Below, piece by piece: positions 13,111-25,445 of a stretch of DNA of 64,000 bases. Origin of the DNA: Felis catus (taxonomy: Eukaryota); NCBI RefSeq assembly GCF_018350175.1, contig NC_058373.1, positions 105,650,001-105,714,000 on the forward strand, written 5' to 3'. Made by a program: the position numbers and the translations under genes. The notes beneath the pieces are model-generated. The model did not search any database and had not been told where the DNA came from. It was given only the letters and a program-made list of their open reading frames with translations. Each line of letters starts with the position of its first letter. The stretch's first letter is position 1.

Positions 13111-13431
13111 CAGTCTTTTAAATGGTTTTTCCTATTAGCATGGTGTTACTATTTTCTCTTGGAAATCCAATTGTACCAAAAATTCTAACGATGTCAACTG
13201 ATCCACAGTCTTATGGCCAGTGAAGCTAATTAAAAAAGGATCAAAATGTATTTAGTTAAAAACATGTTTTTAAGTTAAGGCAGGTTATTTTGGAAGATTG
13301 TACTTTAAATACATTTCCTTGGCTATCATCCTGCTGCTGGTTAGGTTGTGGAAGAATGTGAAAGACTTTACCGCCACTGAGACAAGGAGAAACCATTGGA
13401 TAAACAAACAAATCACACTTTCTTTAAAGGC

Positions 13432-13964
13432 TGTGGTAGGCAAAATGGGCCCCAGCAATCCATGCTGCTTTAATGTTCATGCCTTTGTATGATTCCCTTC
13501 CACGTTTTAGTGGAGTTCCTCTGTGTAACCAAGAGAATATGATAGAAGCAATGTTATGTCACTTTCAAAAAGAGACTATTAAAGACTGTGTGACTTTTAT
13601 TTTGGTTGCTGTCTCACAACCTTGTTCTTTCTTGGGACATTCACTGTGGGGGGAGCCTGGTACCATGTTGTGAGTAGTCCAATGAAGAGGCCCCACAGGA
13701 TGAGGGTTGAGACCTTTTGCCAACAGCCAGCAAGGAACTGAGGCCAACAGCCACAGCCGTAGTCAAGCTGTCAGGTTACTGATGACCCCAGACTCTGTGA
13801 CAGCCTGGGTGCCATCTCATAAAGCCATCTTGAGCCAGAACCACCCAGCTGAATGACTCTCAAATTCCTGACACTCAGAAACTATGTGAGATAATAAATA
13901 TTTGTTGTCTTAAGCTTCTAAATTAGAGGGGTAATTTGTTATGCAGCAATAGATGACTAACACA
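13432..13964 (+). mobile_element. Solo MaLR LTR (MLT1E/F-like)
   Basis: TGTGGTAGG...TTTGTTATGCAGCAATAGATGACTAACACA termini; 5-bp TSD AAGGC/AAAGC. Confidence 0.88.
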
Positions 13965-14701
13965 AAAGCCAGCAAGAGCCATGGACACAAATAATCAGAA
14001 GAAATTAAATAGAGACCAAGCCATCCTAGGAAAGCAAGAGAAGGAAGACACTAATTGCAACTCAGACAGTATAATCATATTATTTGATTAGAAGAATACA
14101 CAATAATTTTTATTTGAGAGGAGAGAAAATCACAACCAACTTATTTATCTTATATATAAATAATGCATCTTTTACTTCTAGTAGGAAAATTCTATATTAT
14201 ATAAAACTTCTAACTATTAATCAAGAAGCCAGAAAATAAGTTTAATTTTGGCTTTGCCTGTGACTGCTGTGGCATTGGCTTTCATAATATTCTTGTATAT
14301 TTCAGAGGCTAATCATGCTAACAATGCTGTTCAGAATGATGAGAAAAGTTACTAATTATTGTTGGCAAGATGCCCCAGAATAATAGAATACTCTATGGGT
14401 GCTAAATAATAGGAATGAACAATACTGCAATTTCGCCAAGTTGATAGAATGTGCCTTCAGAAACCAGGAGGTTCAGCACAATATGTATCTCTTTTTGTCC
14501 TTCACATCCTGGGCCCGTGCTGGACAGTGACTCAAAGGATGACTTCAAAGGGCCATGCTTGTTCTGCCATACTTACTCTTCCGAGATCAGGCCATTTCTG
14601 ACAAAGTCTGGTTTGAAACTATTCTCAGCCTCCACCTTCATAGCAATGGGGATCAGTTGCATAGCTATAGCCTGCTGATTATATAGAAATAAATCATTGT
14701 T

Positions 14702-14925
14702 GGGGCACCTGGGTGGCTCAGCTGGTTAAGCATTGGACTTTGGCTTAGATCACGATATTGCCGTCTGTGAGTTCGAGCCCCGTGTTGGGCTCTGTGCTAA
14801 CAGCTCAGGGCCTGGAGCCTGCTTCGGATTCTGTGTCTCCCTCTCTCTCTCTGCCCCTCCCCCCACTTGTGTGTTTTCTCTCTCTCTCTTTCTCAAAAAT
14901 AAATAAACTTAAAAAAAAATAAATG
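14702..14925 (+). mobile_element. Can-SINE
   Basis: GGGGCACCTGGGTGGCTCAG head, (CT)n tract and A-rich tail. Confidence 0.95.
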
Positions 14926-15369
14926 TTCACATTTTGGATAGGTATACTGGTGTTATTGGATTATTTTCAGTTTATTTAATCATTAGTAAGGTTAAACTTT
15001 TTAATGTATTTTTGGGTAATCTGTTTATCTTCTTATATAAATTACTGATTGACTTTCTTGCTGGGTTTTTATGTGACCAGACCCAGCAGTCTGGTAAAAT
15101 AATTCTTAGGGGTCAGGAAAAGATAATTTGATACTAGAAGCAGATGGGTTTAACTGCACTAGTGTCCTCCAATTTGCATATTTGCATATAATACTCTCAA
15201 ATTTGAATGTTTGTATGTAGTTTGCATCCAGAGCTCTCACACATCTAGCTGATGGAGCTCTGTGGATGGTTTGTTAATTTCTGAAATGTATCAATCATCA
15301 TTTAATGAATGAAGGAATGTTTGCGAGGGGGAAGGTCAGACTCTGCATCTCTAAAGTAGAAGTCTATAA

Positions 15370-15590
15370 CAATAGCTATTATGTATTGACTGCTTATTGT
15401 GCTTATTGAATTCTTTACATAAATTATCTCATTTAATTTTCCCACAAACTCAGAGAGGTAGGTATATTATTCAGTTCAAGTGATAGATGAGGAACTGAGG
15501 CTCAGAGAAATTGAATAACTTGTCCAAGGTCTTAGAGCTAGTGAGAGGTAGAGCCAGAATTCAAACCCGGTTTGTTCTACCATAAACCTA
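15370..15590 (-). mobile_element. MIR
   Basis: ATCTCATTTAAT...GATGAGGAACTGAGGCTCAGAGAAATTGAATAACTTGTCCAAGGTC. Confidence 0.85.
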
Positions 15591-15783
15591 ACTTTTTTTT
15601 TTTTTAACCCAAAATCTTAATCATATAGTAAGGTGGCAGTAGGCTGAGCTAGAGTTGAATGCCAGCCAGTTCCTGTGTCGAGGCCCTATTGTCTCCTTGG
15701 TCAGAAGCTTGATCCAGGTGGAAGGGCAGAGGACGTCCGGAAGTTCTGAAGGATGGAGGCTGTCACAGTTGCTGGAAATGCTA

Positions 15784-16268
15784 CAGTAACTGCCACCCCA
15801 CCCCCCACCCCGTCTATAGTTTCGCTTTCCATGGTCTCAGTTACCTGTGGTCGACTGCAGTCCAGAAGCAGATGATCAATTTCGATAAATTGTCGGAAGA
15901 TCAGTACTAACCTAAAGCTATGTCACAATGCCCACATCAGTCACCTCCCTTCATCTTGTCACGTGAGCATTTTATCATCTCACATCATCACAAGAAGGAG
16001 GGTGAGTATAGTACAATAAGATATTTTGGGAGAAAGAGAGAGCAACATTCACATGACTTTTATTACAGTATATTGTTATAATTGTTCTATTTTATTATTA
16101 GTTTTTGTGTTAATCTTTTACGATGCCTAGTTTATAAATTAAACTTTATCATGAGTACGCACGTATAGAAAAAAACATAGTCTATATAGGGTATGATAGT
16201 ATCTGCAGTTTCAGGCATCCATGGGGGGTCTTGGGATGTATCCCCCACGGATGAGGGGGGTACTGCTG
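15784..16268. mobile_element. TcMar-Tigger non-autonomous DNA transposon (MER44-like)
   Basis: TA target duplication (15782-83 and 16269-70), CAGTA...CTG ends, internal TTTCGCTTTCCATGGTCTCAGTTACC and GGTCTTGGGATGTATCCCCCACGGATGAGGGGGG. Confidence 0.85.
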
Positions 16269-17479
16269 TACTTTGAAAGGGACTGGAATAATGCAGACCA
16301 TGGAGGGGAAATGCTTTGCCTGTTGAGGTGCTCTGCAGGATAATTAATGGTCTCAGGGCTGTAAAGCATTCTTTCTTGTCTTTCCAAGACTCCTGGGACT
16401 CTTCCAACCTCCATGGCTGTGGTGAACACAGAGTCATACGTTTTAGGGGTTTAGTGCAGCCAGTTTGGGGCGACCTCATAAAGCATGTTGGAGTGAGGGA
16501 AAGGATAACTCCCCTGGAGTCATGTACAAGAACTTCCACAGAAGCAATAGTCTCTTTGATTATTTTTTTCCAAAGCTGGTGAAAGGAATTCTATGTTAGA
16601 GTTAAGCATGTGTTGAACTGCCATTGAAAATATGTTAAGCCACAGAAAATCACTTGGGTTAGATATGTAGGAACACTCTGTCTGGTTTCTAAGCTCTTTG
16701 TAACAGCTAGTTTATCATTATACTGCATGGGGAGTGTCTGTGTTTATGACAGATTCGAAAGATCTTTGTGGCAAATGAAGGGCAGCATGTAAAAAAAAGA
16801 AAGCCAGTGTGAACCAGAGAGTGAGGAAGAGATTATTCTTGCTCCAGGCAATATACTGAAAGCAGCAAAGAATAAATTTTTCTTTTCAGATACATTTAGA
16901 ATATGTTAAGCATATCACTTGTGTCTCTTAAATTCTCCTATAGAGTCTACTTTTTCACCTCCTAGAATGCATGAGTTCTGCTTGAGGTCTAGACGTGGCA
17001 TAGATTTACTGCTAGGGCACTGAGTTTTTTCAGTCTTCTCATCTTCCCACCATAATAAAAGCAACATTCTAAATTTATTAAGGGATCATTGACTTGCCAT
17101 TCTAATGAGCTTGGGAAAAAGACTAGTTTTCAATGCAAATCTTTCATTTAATTAAGTATATTTTCCAAAGTCTGTCTATTTTTATGAATACATTTAATAT
17201 GCCCCTTCTTAGATTTGCCCTAAGAGGTTTAAACTGTGCCCATTTAATTGTTTTATATACACTATGCTCCATTCTGTCCAGAGAGACCCTTTATGCATGC
17301 TTCAGGCAACTATTTAATTGGCTCTTCCTGATTGGCCACTTCCACAGCCTCCCCATTTTCCAGTTCTTAGTTTTCCTCGCCTTCCTTTGTGTTTACCCTC
17401 TTTGAGTGTGACATAAAGTCCTGTCTGATGAGCAAAGGCACAGCTCCTCATTGAGACAGATTTCTAGAGAGTTGTTCTA

Positions 17480-17720
17480 ATAAATAGCTAACAGTTATTG
17501 CGTGCCGACTAAACTAAACTAGACTTAGACTTATGTGAATTATCTCATTTAATCCTCACAATATCCTTATGAGGTTGTTGTCAGTAATCACGGTTTATAG
17601 ACAGAAACACTACATGTCAAAGAGGAGAAGTAACACTGCCTCTGTTCACTTACTATAAGTGTTATTGGTTAACAAAGTGTTCACCATTAGCCAGGATTTG
17701 AACTTCTTAAGCTTTAAGAG
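17480..17720 (-). mobile_element. MIR
   Basis: ATTATCTCATTTAATCCTCACAATATCCTTATGAGG. Confidence 0.75.
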
Positions 17721-17899
17721 CCCTGCTCCTTTTCCTGGGGACAGAATGGGATGGGGAGCCCAGCTAGAGCTTGTTGCCCTAAGGCAAATAGGCAATGGAT
17801 AGCACAGAGATGGTACTCTGTTATAGTAGGTCAAAGAAGACAGTCTTAGGCTAGTATTCTACTCCGCAATGAAGATTCTGGACATAGTGTGAAATGATG

Positions 17900-18510
17900 T
17901 GAGTTAACACATCCTGGATCTAAGAAGTCAGGGGAGATCAACACTTCCTCATATGGCCTTCAAGGGTCTGGTGAGGGCCTTCAAAGGTACATGATACCAC
18001 GTACAGAAGAGAAGGCAATTTTCTTTACTCAGTCCACCAATTCCAATGTTAATCTCTTCTGGAAACATACCCAGCAATAATGTCTAACCAGATATCTAGG
18101 CATCCCAAGGCCCAGTCACGTTGACACATAAAATTAATCATCACAAATTCACCCCTTATCGACTTGATACTCATACACAACTCCTTAAACCATACTTAAT
18201 CTCCAAATAAAGACATTAACAAGGTCATAATTCCACCTACCACGATACAACTATCTTGTATACAACCAAAAACATGCTAATTCCTTTCATAGAAGAGGCC
18301 CTTTCATAGATAATGCCCTTGAGCAATATGTATTTTCTCCTTTGATATCCTGTAACTGAAATACAATGATTTAAAATTGACAATACTCAAATACTATGAT
18401 GAAAAGTGAATACATCTTATGTTGCATGATAAAGGAATAAGAGAGGAAAGAGACAAATATAAATGTGTGTGTGTGCATAGTTACATAGATATGAATTCAG
18501 AATAAGTATA
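17900..18510 (-). mobile_element. ERVL fragment: MLT2-type LTR part plus adjacent internal 3' sequence
   Basis: LTR start on the minus strand (GTTGACACATAAAATTAATCATCACA, ending at 18145) abuts a PPT-like AAGGGGTGAATT and ERVL-like internal sequence. Confidence 0.75.
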
Positions 18511-19339
18511 CTGGGTGCCAAAGCTCTGGGTACTGGGTTCATAAAGCACCTGACACTAGAATGTCACTGGCAGTTGACTTTTGGAGTGATTGGTTACTGC
18601 TTTGGAGAAACTTCAGGGGTGTGAAATTACATTCTGGTGTTTCTGAATTCACTGGCTGGAGTGCTGTCCTTTTTTGTTGTAGTTTTTTACGTGGAGTAAT
18701 GAGGTGAAATGAATCTCAGGATCTTTCAAACAATGGAGTCAGCACTTTGATGGGGTTTGATGTGGCCTCAGCCTCCATCTCACAAAGGCAATTCTTATCC
18801 TGTCCAGTGGTATACTCCTGGCCTCCTTTCCCTGAGACAGCGGAAGGCAAAGGCAACAATGTGGCTAAAGTGGGCTCCTTTTAGCTCATTTTGTGGGAAG
18901 GGAGGCACATCTTTCTGAGTTTCCCTTTCAGTCTCTGAGGTGTCTCTTGTTAGTGTTGGCCGTATTTGATGCCATATTATTGTTTCCTTGAGTCACAAAG
19001 AGGCCTCATGCCAGTAGAGTAATCTTCTATTCCAATGCCGAGTGGTGATTTCTTTTCTTTGAAAGAAAATTTGGTAAAATATTTTAACCTGAGTGAAACG
19101 CGCACATTTGCTTTCCTGTTTCTCAATCTTTGTATTCACCTGCCTTTTTCTTCAATAGTTTACCCAGTTGTCCTTCCCAGTTAACCACCTCTACTGGTTT
19201 TGTTATTTTTACAGTTTACACGAACGATAATGAGGATGAGAGTTAATCAAAAATTGTATTGAATTGATTTTCTCTGGAGCCTAAAGCTGATGGAGACAGG
19301 GGAGCAGAAATGAGTAGTGAAAATGCAGATTTTACAGGT

Positions 19340-19520
19340 AGGGTTCTTGAATTCCATCCCAATGCTAGTGTTACCTTATCCTGTGTGTATAGAGTGGACA
19401 TTTTACCATTCTGTGCCTTAGTTTCCCAACCTGCAAAATAAGACCTTTCTTATCTCTTAGGGACGCTGTGAGGATAATGTGATAGCATATTTGAAAGAGT
19501 TCTGAGCACTTAGCAGGAAA
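19340..19520 (+). mobile_element. MIR fragment
   Basis: TCTGTGCCTTAGTTTCCCAACCTGCAAAAT...TGTGAGGATAA. Confidence 0.65.
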
Positions 19521-20485
19521 GACATGGTAATCTGTCTCCAATTATCTTGTATTATAAAGGGGACTAGCATAAGGAATAATTTAGGACCACAGTGCTATAA
19601 AAATAATTGCATACACTTATTCAACCTGTCTCTTACTCTTTCTCATATATGCCTATTCTATTAATGCCTGTCCTGGAGCGGGTAGATAGGGTGGAAACAC
19701 TCCTAGATTGGTTGGCATGGAAACTAACCCCAGAGCATGCTGGGAGCAGGCAGGCAGTCCTTGGACCCAGCTGTGTGGCAGGTGTGACAACACCCCTCCC
19801 CCCCTGAAAAATCACTGTGGAACTAAGGAATGTCTAATTGGACTAGACGTAGAATAATAGAAATATAATTGAGTTGTAAATATACTATTGTTCCTTCTCT
19901 TCAAAATAAAAAAAGCACTAAAATACCTTATGACAAGATGGACTTTAAATCAGTCTTTCTTGGCACCTCAAAATCTGCCTTATGAAATTATTCCTTTAAA
20001 GAAAGACTAACCAGGGCCTATGATCCACTGTAATAAATACTTTTAGGGATGTCTGCTCATCTTACACCAGTACCCTTTTCCTGGAAACTTCCTTTCCCCA
20101 TAGAGTGTTGAATTTACAGGCAGCTTGTTTGGACTGCAAGATACCCGGACTGGATTAGAACTGAATACCCGATTTAGATGGACAATCAGATTCTTTGCCC
20201 ATCTGGCACTGGGAATTAGAAGTGATGATTTTTTAAAAATTATTTACTAGATGTTAATGAACAGATTCTGAAGCATGCAGTTCTAGCACGGGAGAGAGAT
20301 GAGGTGGAGCAGACATGAGTTTGCTATTGTTTTTGAATTGCTTGGAGTTCAAGTCTTGCCTCCCACATGGGCCAGCTGTGGGGTCTTGCACAAGCTGAAG
20401 TGCATCCCTGAGACTTTGTTTCCTTTAAACTAGGTTTTTGTTTTGTTTCTTTTTTTTTGTCAGTCTTTCCCCCCCTCCCCACCAG

Positions 20486-20786
20486 CCCAGTTTTATTGAA
20501 ATATAACTGACATGTAGCATTGTGTAAATTTAACGTATACAACAGGTTGACTGGATACTTTTATATATTGCAAAAGCATTACCACCCTACCATTAGCTAA
20601 CACCTCCATCCCATCATATAATCACCATTTCTTTTTTGTGGTGAGACCATTTAAGATCTACTGTTTAACAACATTCAAGTACATGATAAAATATTGCTAG
20701 CTGTAATCACCATGCTGTACATTAGATCCCCAGAAATTATTCATCATATAACTGGAAGTTTGTACCCTTTGACCAATATATCCCCA
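20486..20786 (-). mobile_element. Old L1 3' end (L1MA-like)
   Basis: TTTTATTGAAATATAACTGACA...CCATGCTGTACATTAGATCCCCAGAAATTATTCATC...TTTGTACCCTTTGACCAA. Confidence 0.88.
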
Positions 20787-21134
20787 TGGAAATGATTTTT
20801 ATTCATTCTGGACTATTTGGTTAAACTGTGCCATGCTGAGGTATGCCAGAGATTAGTCTGATGGGTTTTACTGTTAATTATCCACAAGTTTATTTACCCC
20901 TGCCCTCAACTCATGAACTAGTTGGTAGCAAGAATTTAGTTTCCTTCCCCTGAATTCATCTGAACCCACTGGACTGTAATCTCTGACATAACCGAACTAA
21001 CTAAATGTACTGTGAGAGCCATGAGCCATCTTGGGGGTTTGATCATCCCCCCTGGAAAACGGAGTGCTCCAGATTTCACAGAAAAGTCACGAGAATTGTG
21101 AAGAAATGGTTTAAGCGAGGGTGGTGTTTACTGA

Positions 21135-21645
21135 TTACATAGTCAGGATCCTGGCAGGACTCAGTTGGCACGCTTAATGCATAATTTGGGAACTTACTAA
21201 AGGGACTATTCACAAAGGGCGCAGTGTAGGGAAACCACGGGGATAGTAAGACACCCTGTAGGTAGTGGGTTGTTGTTACCACTCCCATGCTCAAGTGGGG
21301 AAGGGCAGGGAATGGTTCTGGGGACAAAGAGAACAAAGAAAGCCAGAGCTTTGGGGCAGAGAGGAAAAGTGCGAGAGCTCCTGCGGAGGTGGGAACACTG
21401 AAGGAAAGCATGAAGCCAGCCCTGGGTAACTAACTCCATGGGCAGGGAACCTGACCTCACTCTCTGAAGTTCTCCTCCCCACTAATCTCCTTCTGTCGTT
21501 CCCCATTGGCCAAACCCAGCTGGAAGTCAGAGGACAAGAGAGCTGGTCGATGCCGTCCGTGCAATTCGGACTTCTGGGCAGTGGAGCAGAGTAGAGAAGG
21601 TCACGGTGTGGATCAGGATCAGGGGGGAGCAAAGGGGGAGCTACA
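21135..21645 (-). mobile_element. Old ERVL LTR (LTR33-like)
   Basis: CTCCCCATTGGCCAAACCCAGCTGGAAGTCAGAGGACAAG-like motif (TTCCCCATTGGCC here) and AAAGGGACTATTCACAAAGG. Confidence 0.7.
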
Positions 21646-21649
21646 GCTC

Positions 21650-22830
21650 AGTGACCTCTCTTTCCACCCACTTTATGTCAGGCTCTCATCTCCTCCTAAC
21701 TAGGCATTTGCTGTAACCTCTTATCAGGTTTGATCATGTGACTCTCCAGCTGTTTCTGTCCTGATCTGGGCCTAACTTTCCACCCCTCCGCACACACTTG
21801 CATCCTGAACCCCTAGACTGAACTACTTGTGGTTTTTCTTCATGCCTCTTTATGTCTGTAGGTACCCTATTCTCTGGCAAGAATGCCCTTTGCATTTCTT
21901 GACTCCCTGTCAAAATTCTGTTCAGTCTTTACAAACTAAAGTTCGCTTTTCTCTGAAATTTTCTGGTCCCATCCTAGGAGGGTTAGACACTTTCTTTTCT
22001 GCCCTCCCAGATGACCCTGGACCTTCCTGTGGTCACACGTGTTGTAGAATACTGCTAACACTGGTTCACGTCCCTTCCTCTGCTGTGGGTCCTTGAGGGC
22101 CCCTGTGTCTGTTGCACTCCATTTGGTATCCTTAGCACTTGCCGTAGTGGGTGGTGCAGACTTGACATTCAGTAACGCTTCGTAAACGAACATGTTTTCT
22201 GCTTTCCGTAATGCCCATCTTCCATTATCCTTCCAGTATCCACATACCCTCCGGAGTTGTTATTCAACACACAAATTCATTGTGATCCTCTCCTTCCTAG
22301 ACCTCTCCAGTGCTTCCTACAGAGCACAAGCTCTCTAACCTGTCTCCATTTCCGTCTCAACCACCACTCCTCCCTGGCTCCCTTCTCACACCCTCATCCC
22401 CATTCCAAGCCCCGTGGAACCGCTTAGAGCTCCCTAGCAAGCCATTTTGTCACATTTGCATTTGTTCCTCCTTCTGCCTGGCATGCCTTCTCTACTTTCC
22501 GACACTCTCCGACTCTTGTCTCCCCGCCCCCACCCCAGCTTTTCTCCACCAGTATCCTTGGCGAAGTCATATTTTTGAAAGACTTACCTTATATGGCACT
22601 TCCTCTGTGCAATTTTCATTGAAAGCTCTCCTTGCAATGCAACAGTTAGCTCCTTTTATTTTTTTCACCTCTCTGAAATTCCCTACACATTGTGCCAAAG
22701 CGATTTGTTTATTTCTGGGTCGCTATCATCTTTCTTCTCTCCAGAATCTGACACAGAGCCTGGCACATGCAGGATGACTGATCATTGTGTCTTGAGTGAA
22801 CATATGACAAATGAATAAATCAATCAAACC
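21650..22830 (+). mobile_element. Degraded L2 fragments
   Basis: Pyrimidine-rich L2-like text ending ACAGAGCCTGGCACAT...AATGAATAAAT. Confidence 0.55.
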
Positions 22831-22859
22831 TGAGTCTGGTGGTCCCCCGGGGTTGCAGT

Positions 22860-23312
22860 TGCAGGAATAGTTTCCTCTTCCTCTGGCTATTTTTATACAA
22901 CACGCGAGGTCCTGTTTGTCCTTGGCACATAGGGGCAGACCAAGTCACATCTGACACGGCCAACGGGGTATAAGAGGAAGTGTATAACACTGGAGAACAA
23001 TGTCCTTAAAGGGAACGGGAGCATCTGTCTTCATCCCTCTCTCCTTTCTGTGGGCTCTTTTGTGACTGTGTGGTCTGCCATCCCAATAGCCATCTTGGTG
23101 CACAGGTTGCAAGTCGCATCCTAAGAATGGTGGAAGGACAAACTGGGGGTGCGGGGGGGAGCCTGGGTCTCTGATGGTTGTAAAGCTGCTATATCAGCCG
23201 TAGATGATCTATGTAGACTTTTAAGTAAGGGAGAAATCAAATCCTGCGTTGTTCAAGCCCTTGTTACTTTAGGCTTTCTGCCATTCGCAACCGAACTAAA
23301 TTGTAATTAACA
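22860..23312 (+). mobile_element. Old MaLR LTR (MLT1J/K-like)
   Basis: AGCCATCTTGG...GGAGCCTGGGTCTCTGATG...TTGTTCAAGCC motifs. Confidence 0.65.
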
Positions 23313-23432
23313 TTTTTCCTAAATCATTTCTGCTGGCTGAGCCAGAGTCATATGTCATGAAAAGAATTGGCACATCACATCTTCCTTCGCTGTACCTACT
23401 ATTCTTGTTTCACTTTTCTTTTGTGACTTTTC

Positions 23433-23636
23433 TTTTTTTTTTTTTTTAATTTTTAGTATTAAAGAGAGAGAGAGCAAGCTTGCATGAGCAGGGGGGTAGG
23501 AGCACAGAGAGAGGGAGAGAGAGACTCTTAAGCTCAGTGCAGAGGCCAATGTGGGGCTTGATCCCACAACCCTGGGATCACGACTTGAGCCAAATTCAAG
23601 TGTCAGACACTTAACCAACTGAGCCACCCAGGCACC
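23433..23636 (-). mobile_element. Older Can-SINE
   Basis: Diverged body; TSD TCTTTTGTGAC(T/C)TTTC at 23417 and 23637. Confidence 0.93.
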
Positions 23637-23652
23637 TCTTTTGTGACCTTTC

Positions 23653-23882
23653 ATTTTTTTTTTTTTTAATTTTTTTTCAACGTTTTTATTTATTTTTGGG
23701 ACAGAGAGAGACAGAGCATGAACGGAGGAGGGGCAGAGAGAGAGGGAGACACAGAATCGGAAACAGGCTCCAGGCTCTGAGCCATCAGCCCAGAGCCTGA
23801 CGCGGGGCTCGAACTCCCGGACCGCGAGATCGTGACCTGGCTGAAGTTGGACGCTTAACCGACTGCGCCACCCAGGCGCCCC
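23653..23882 (-). mobile_element. Young felid Can-SINE (SINEC_Fc type)
   Basis: CpG-intact body; TCTTTTGTGACCTTTC at 23637 and 23883. Confidence 0.97.
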
Positions 23883-24561
23883 TCTTTTGTGACCTTTCAA
23901 ATCAGCTTTTGTGGAGGCATATTAAAGAGCCTAAATGTAGGTAAGCAAGGACATCACCCCTTTTTTTTGTATATAGACGTATGCTTTATTGAATTTCAGA
24001 ATTTCATCTTACTATGACAGCTGACTTTGAGTTGACAGAGTCTGTGTCTCAGCAGTACCAGAAATCCTCAACAGAGTCAAATCTGTACTGCCAAGGAATG
24101 TTTTATTTTGATTTTGGTGAAAAATGCTGCCTTCATTGTGAGAGACTAATTTACATTTGCCTCTTTATCTCAGTGATATTTACCACTGCTTTCAGTCAGT
24201 GCCTGTCGCTCTCTCCCCAGCACCTCCTGATCTGGCTTTTAGGACAAAAGCATCCAAGGCATTGTAGCCCCTTCTTGCTTTTCAGTATTACTTTGTTTTT
24301 GGTTTTGTTTTTTTGTCTTGGTTCACTTCTCAAGAGGAAAAGGCTGGACAGCAGTTTAGGAAAAGAGAATCATTATCCACCCCATCTGGCAAAGTTCAGT
24401 TTACTGTGTGAATTGGGATTTTTGTATTAGAAAAGCTGTGGAGATTTTTGATTAGATGGATTTTTCAGGGAGTTTTCCATGAGGAGTCAGCAGCCTGTGG
24501 TTATGTTCTGCACTTATTAAAAGATGGAGTTGTAAAATTGATGTGTGTGTAATCTCTGCAG

Positions 24562-24575
24562 GTTTCCATGGCAAC
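24562..24575. promoter_or_regulatory. Candidate RFX X-box
   Basis: GTTTCCATGGCAAC fits the palindromic GTTNCCATGGNAAC consensus; lies in unique sequence. Confidence 0.5.
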
Positions 24576-24739
24576 AGTGGTAGCAATTCAGTGAGTAGCT
24601 TTTCCATTCTTCCTTCAAGACCTTCAGGCTGTAAGATTGTTTCAGGGAAACAAACAAACAAACAAACCCTTTTCTTCCTTTAGAATATAATACATGCATT
24701 TAAACTCATTGAATGAGATACTTATGAAGCTGGGAATAC

Positions 24740-24940
24740 ACAGAAGATGTGAGTTCAGGAAGCAAGTAGTTCAGATATTAACAAGCTTTGTGACCTCGGG
24801 CAAGTCAATTACCCTTTGTAAGCCTTGATTTTTCTCATCTATAATATATGAAGAGAAATATGCCTACATTGCAGGATTGTGAGAAGACTAAATAAAAGGG
24901 TGTATCTGAATTGTTTAGCACAATTTTTGGCTTCTGGTAA
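24740..24940 (+). mobile_element. MIR
   Basis: TGTGACCTCGGGCAAGTCAATTACCC...TTCTCATCTATAA...GGATTGTGAGAAGACTAAAT. Confidence 0.75.
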
Positions 24941-25240
24941 CTATTGGTCATCATCTTAATGAGTATTTAGCCAGTTGGGATATAATATTAGGTTGTAAGT
25001 CTTCAATATGAACATAACTGGCATGGTCCTTTTAATAGCAGCAGGAAGAGTGAAGATATCTCTTCTTTCATTCTTGATATTGAAAACGTATATTTCCTCA
25101 ATTTTTTCTTATCAAGGATTTATCTGTGTCTTTATATTTAAAGTGCATCATTTGCAAACAGCATGCATTTGGGTTTTTCTAATCCCATAAGATAAGCTCT
25201 GTCTTGGACTGAAATGTTTAGTCTGTTTACATTTAATGTA

Positions 25241-25445
25241 TTTTTTTTAAGTTTATTACTTATTTATTTTGAGAGAGAGAGAGAGAGAGAGCATCAGCAG
25301 GGGAGGGGCAGAGAGAGGGAGAATCTGAAGTAGGCTTCATACCATCAGCATGGAACCCTATGAGGGACTCAAACTCAGACCTTCAAGATCATGACCTGAA
25401 CCGAAACCAAGAATCAGACACTTAACTAAGCCGCTCTGGCGCCTC
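25241..25445 (-). mobile_element. Can-SINE
   Basis: TTTATTTTGAGAGAG tail; AGATCATGACCTGA core. Confidence 0.9.

Noticed and set aside
14290..14355. tttcag acceptor followed by ANHANNAVQNDEKSY*
   Set aside because: No donor or partner exon, and it is not in phase with the 3687-3747 exon in the preferred frame.
22310..22777. 155-aa ORF
   Set aside because: It lies in pyrimidine-rich degraded L2 sequence with no splice or domain support.
23355..23900. Longest ORF (181 aa) with an internally repeated MKGHKRGA
   Set aside because: It is read-through of two tandem SINEs; the repeated peptide is the TSD.
24014..24430. 138-aa ATG ORF with a hydrophobic stretch
   Set aside because: The hydrophobicity comes from T-rich low complexity; no recognisable family.
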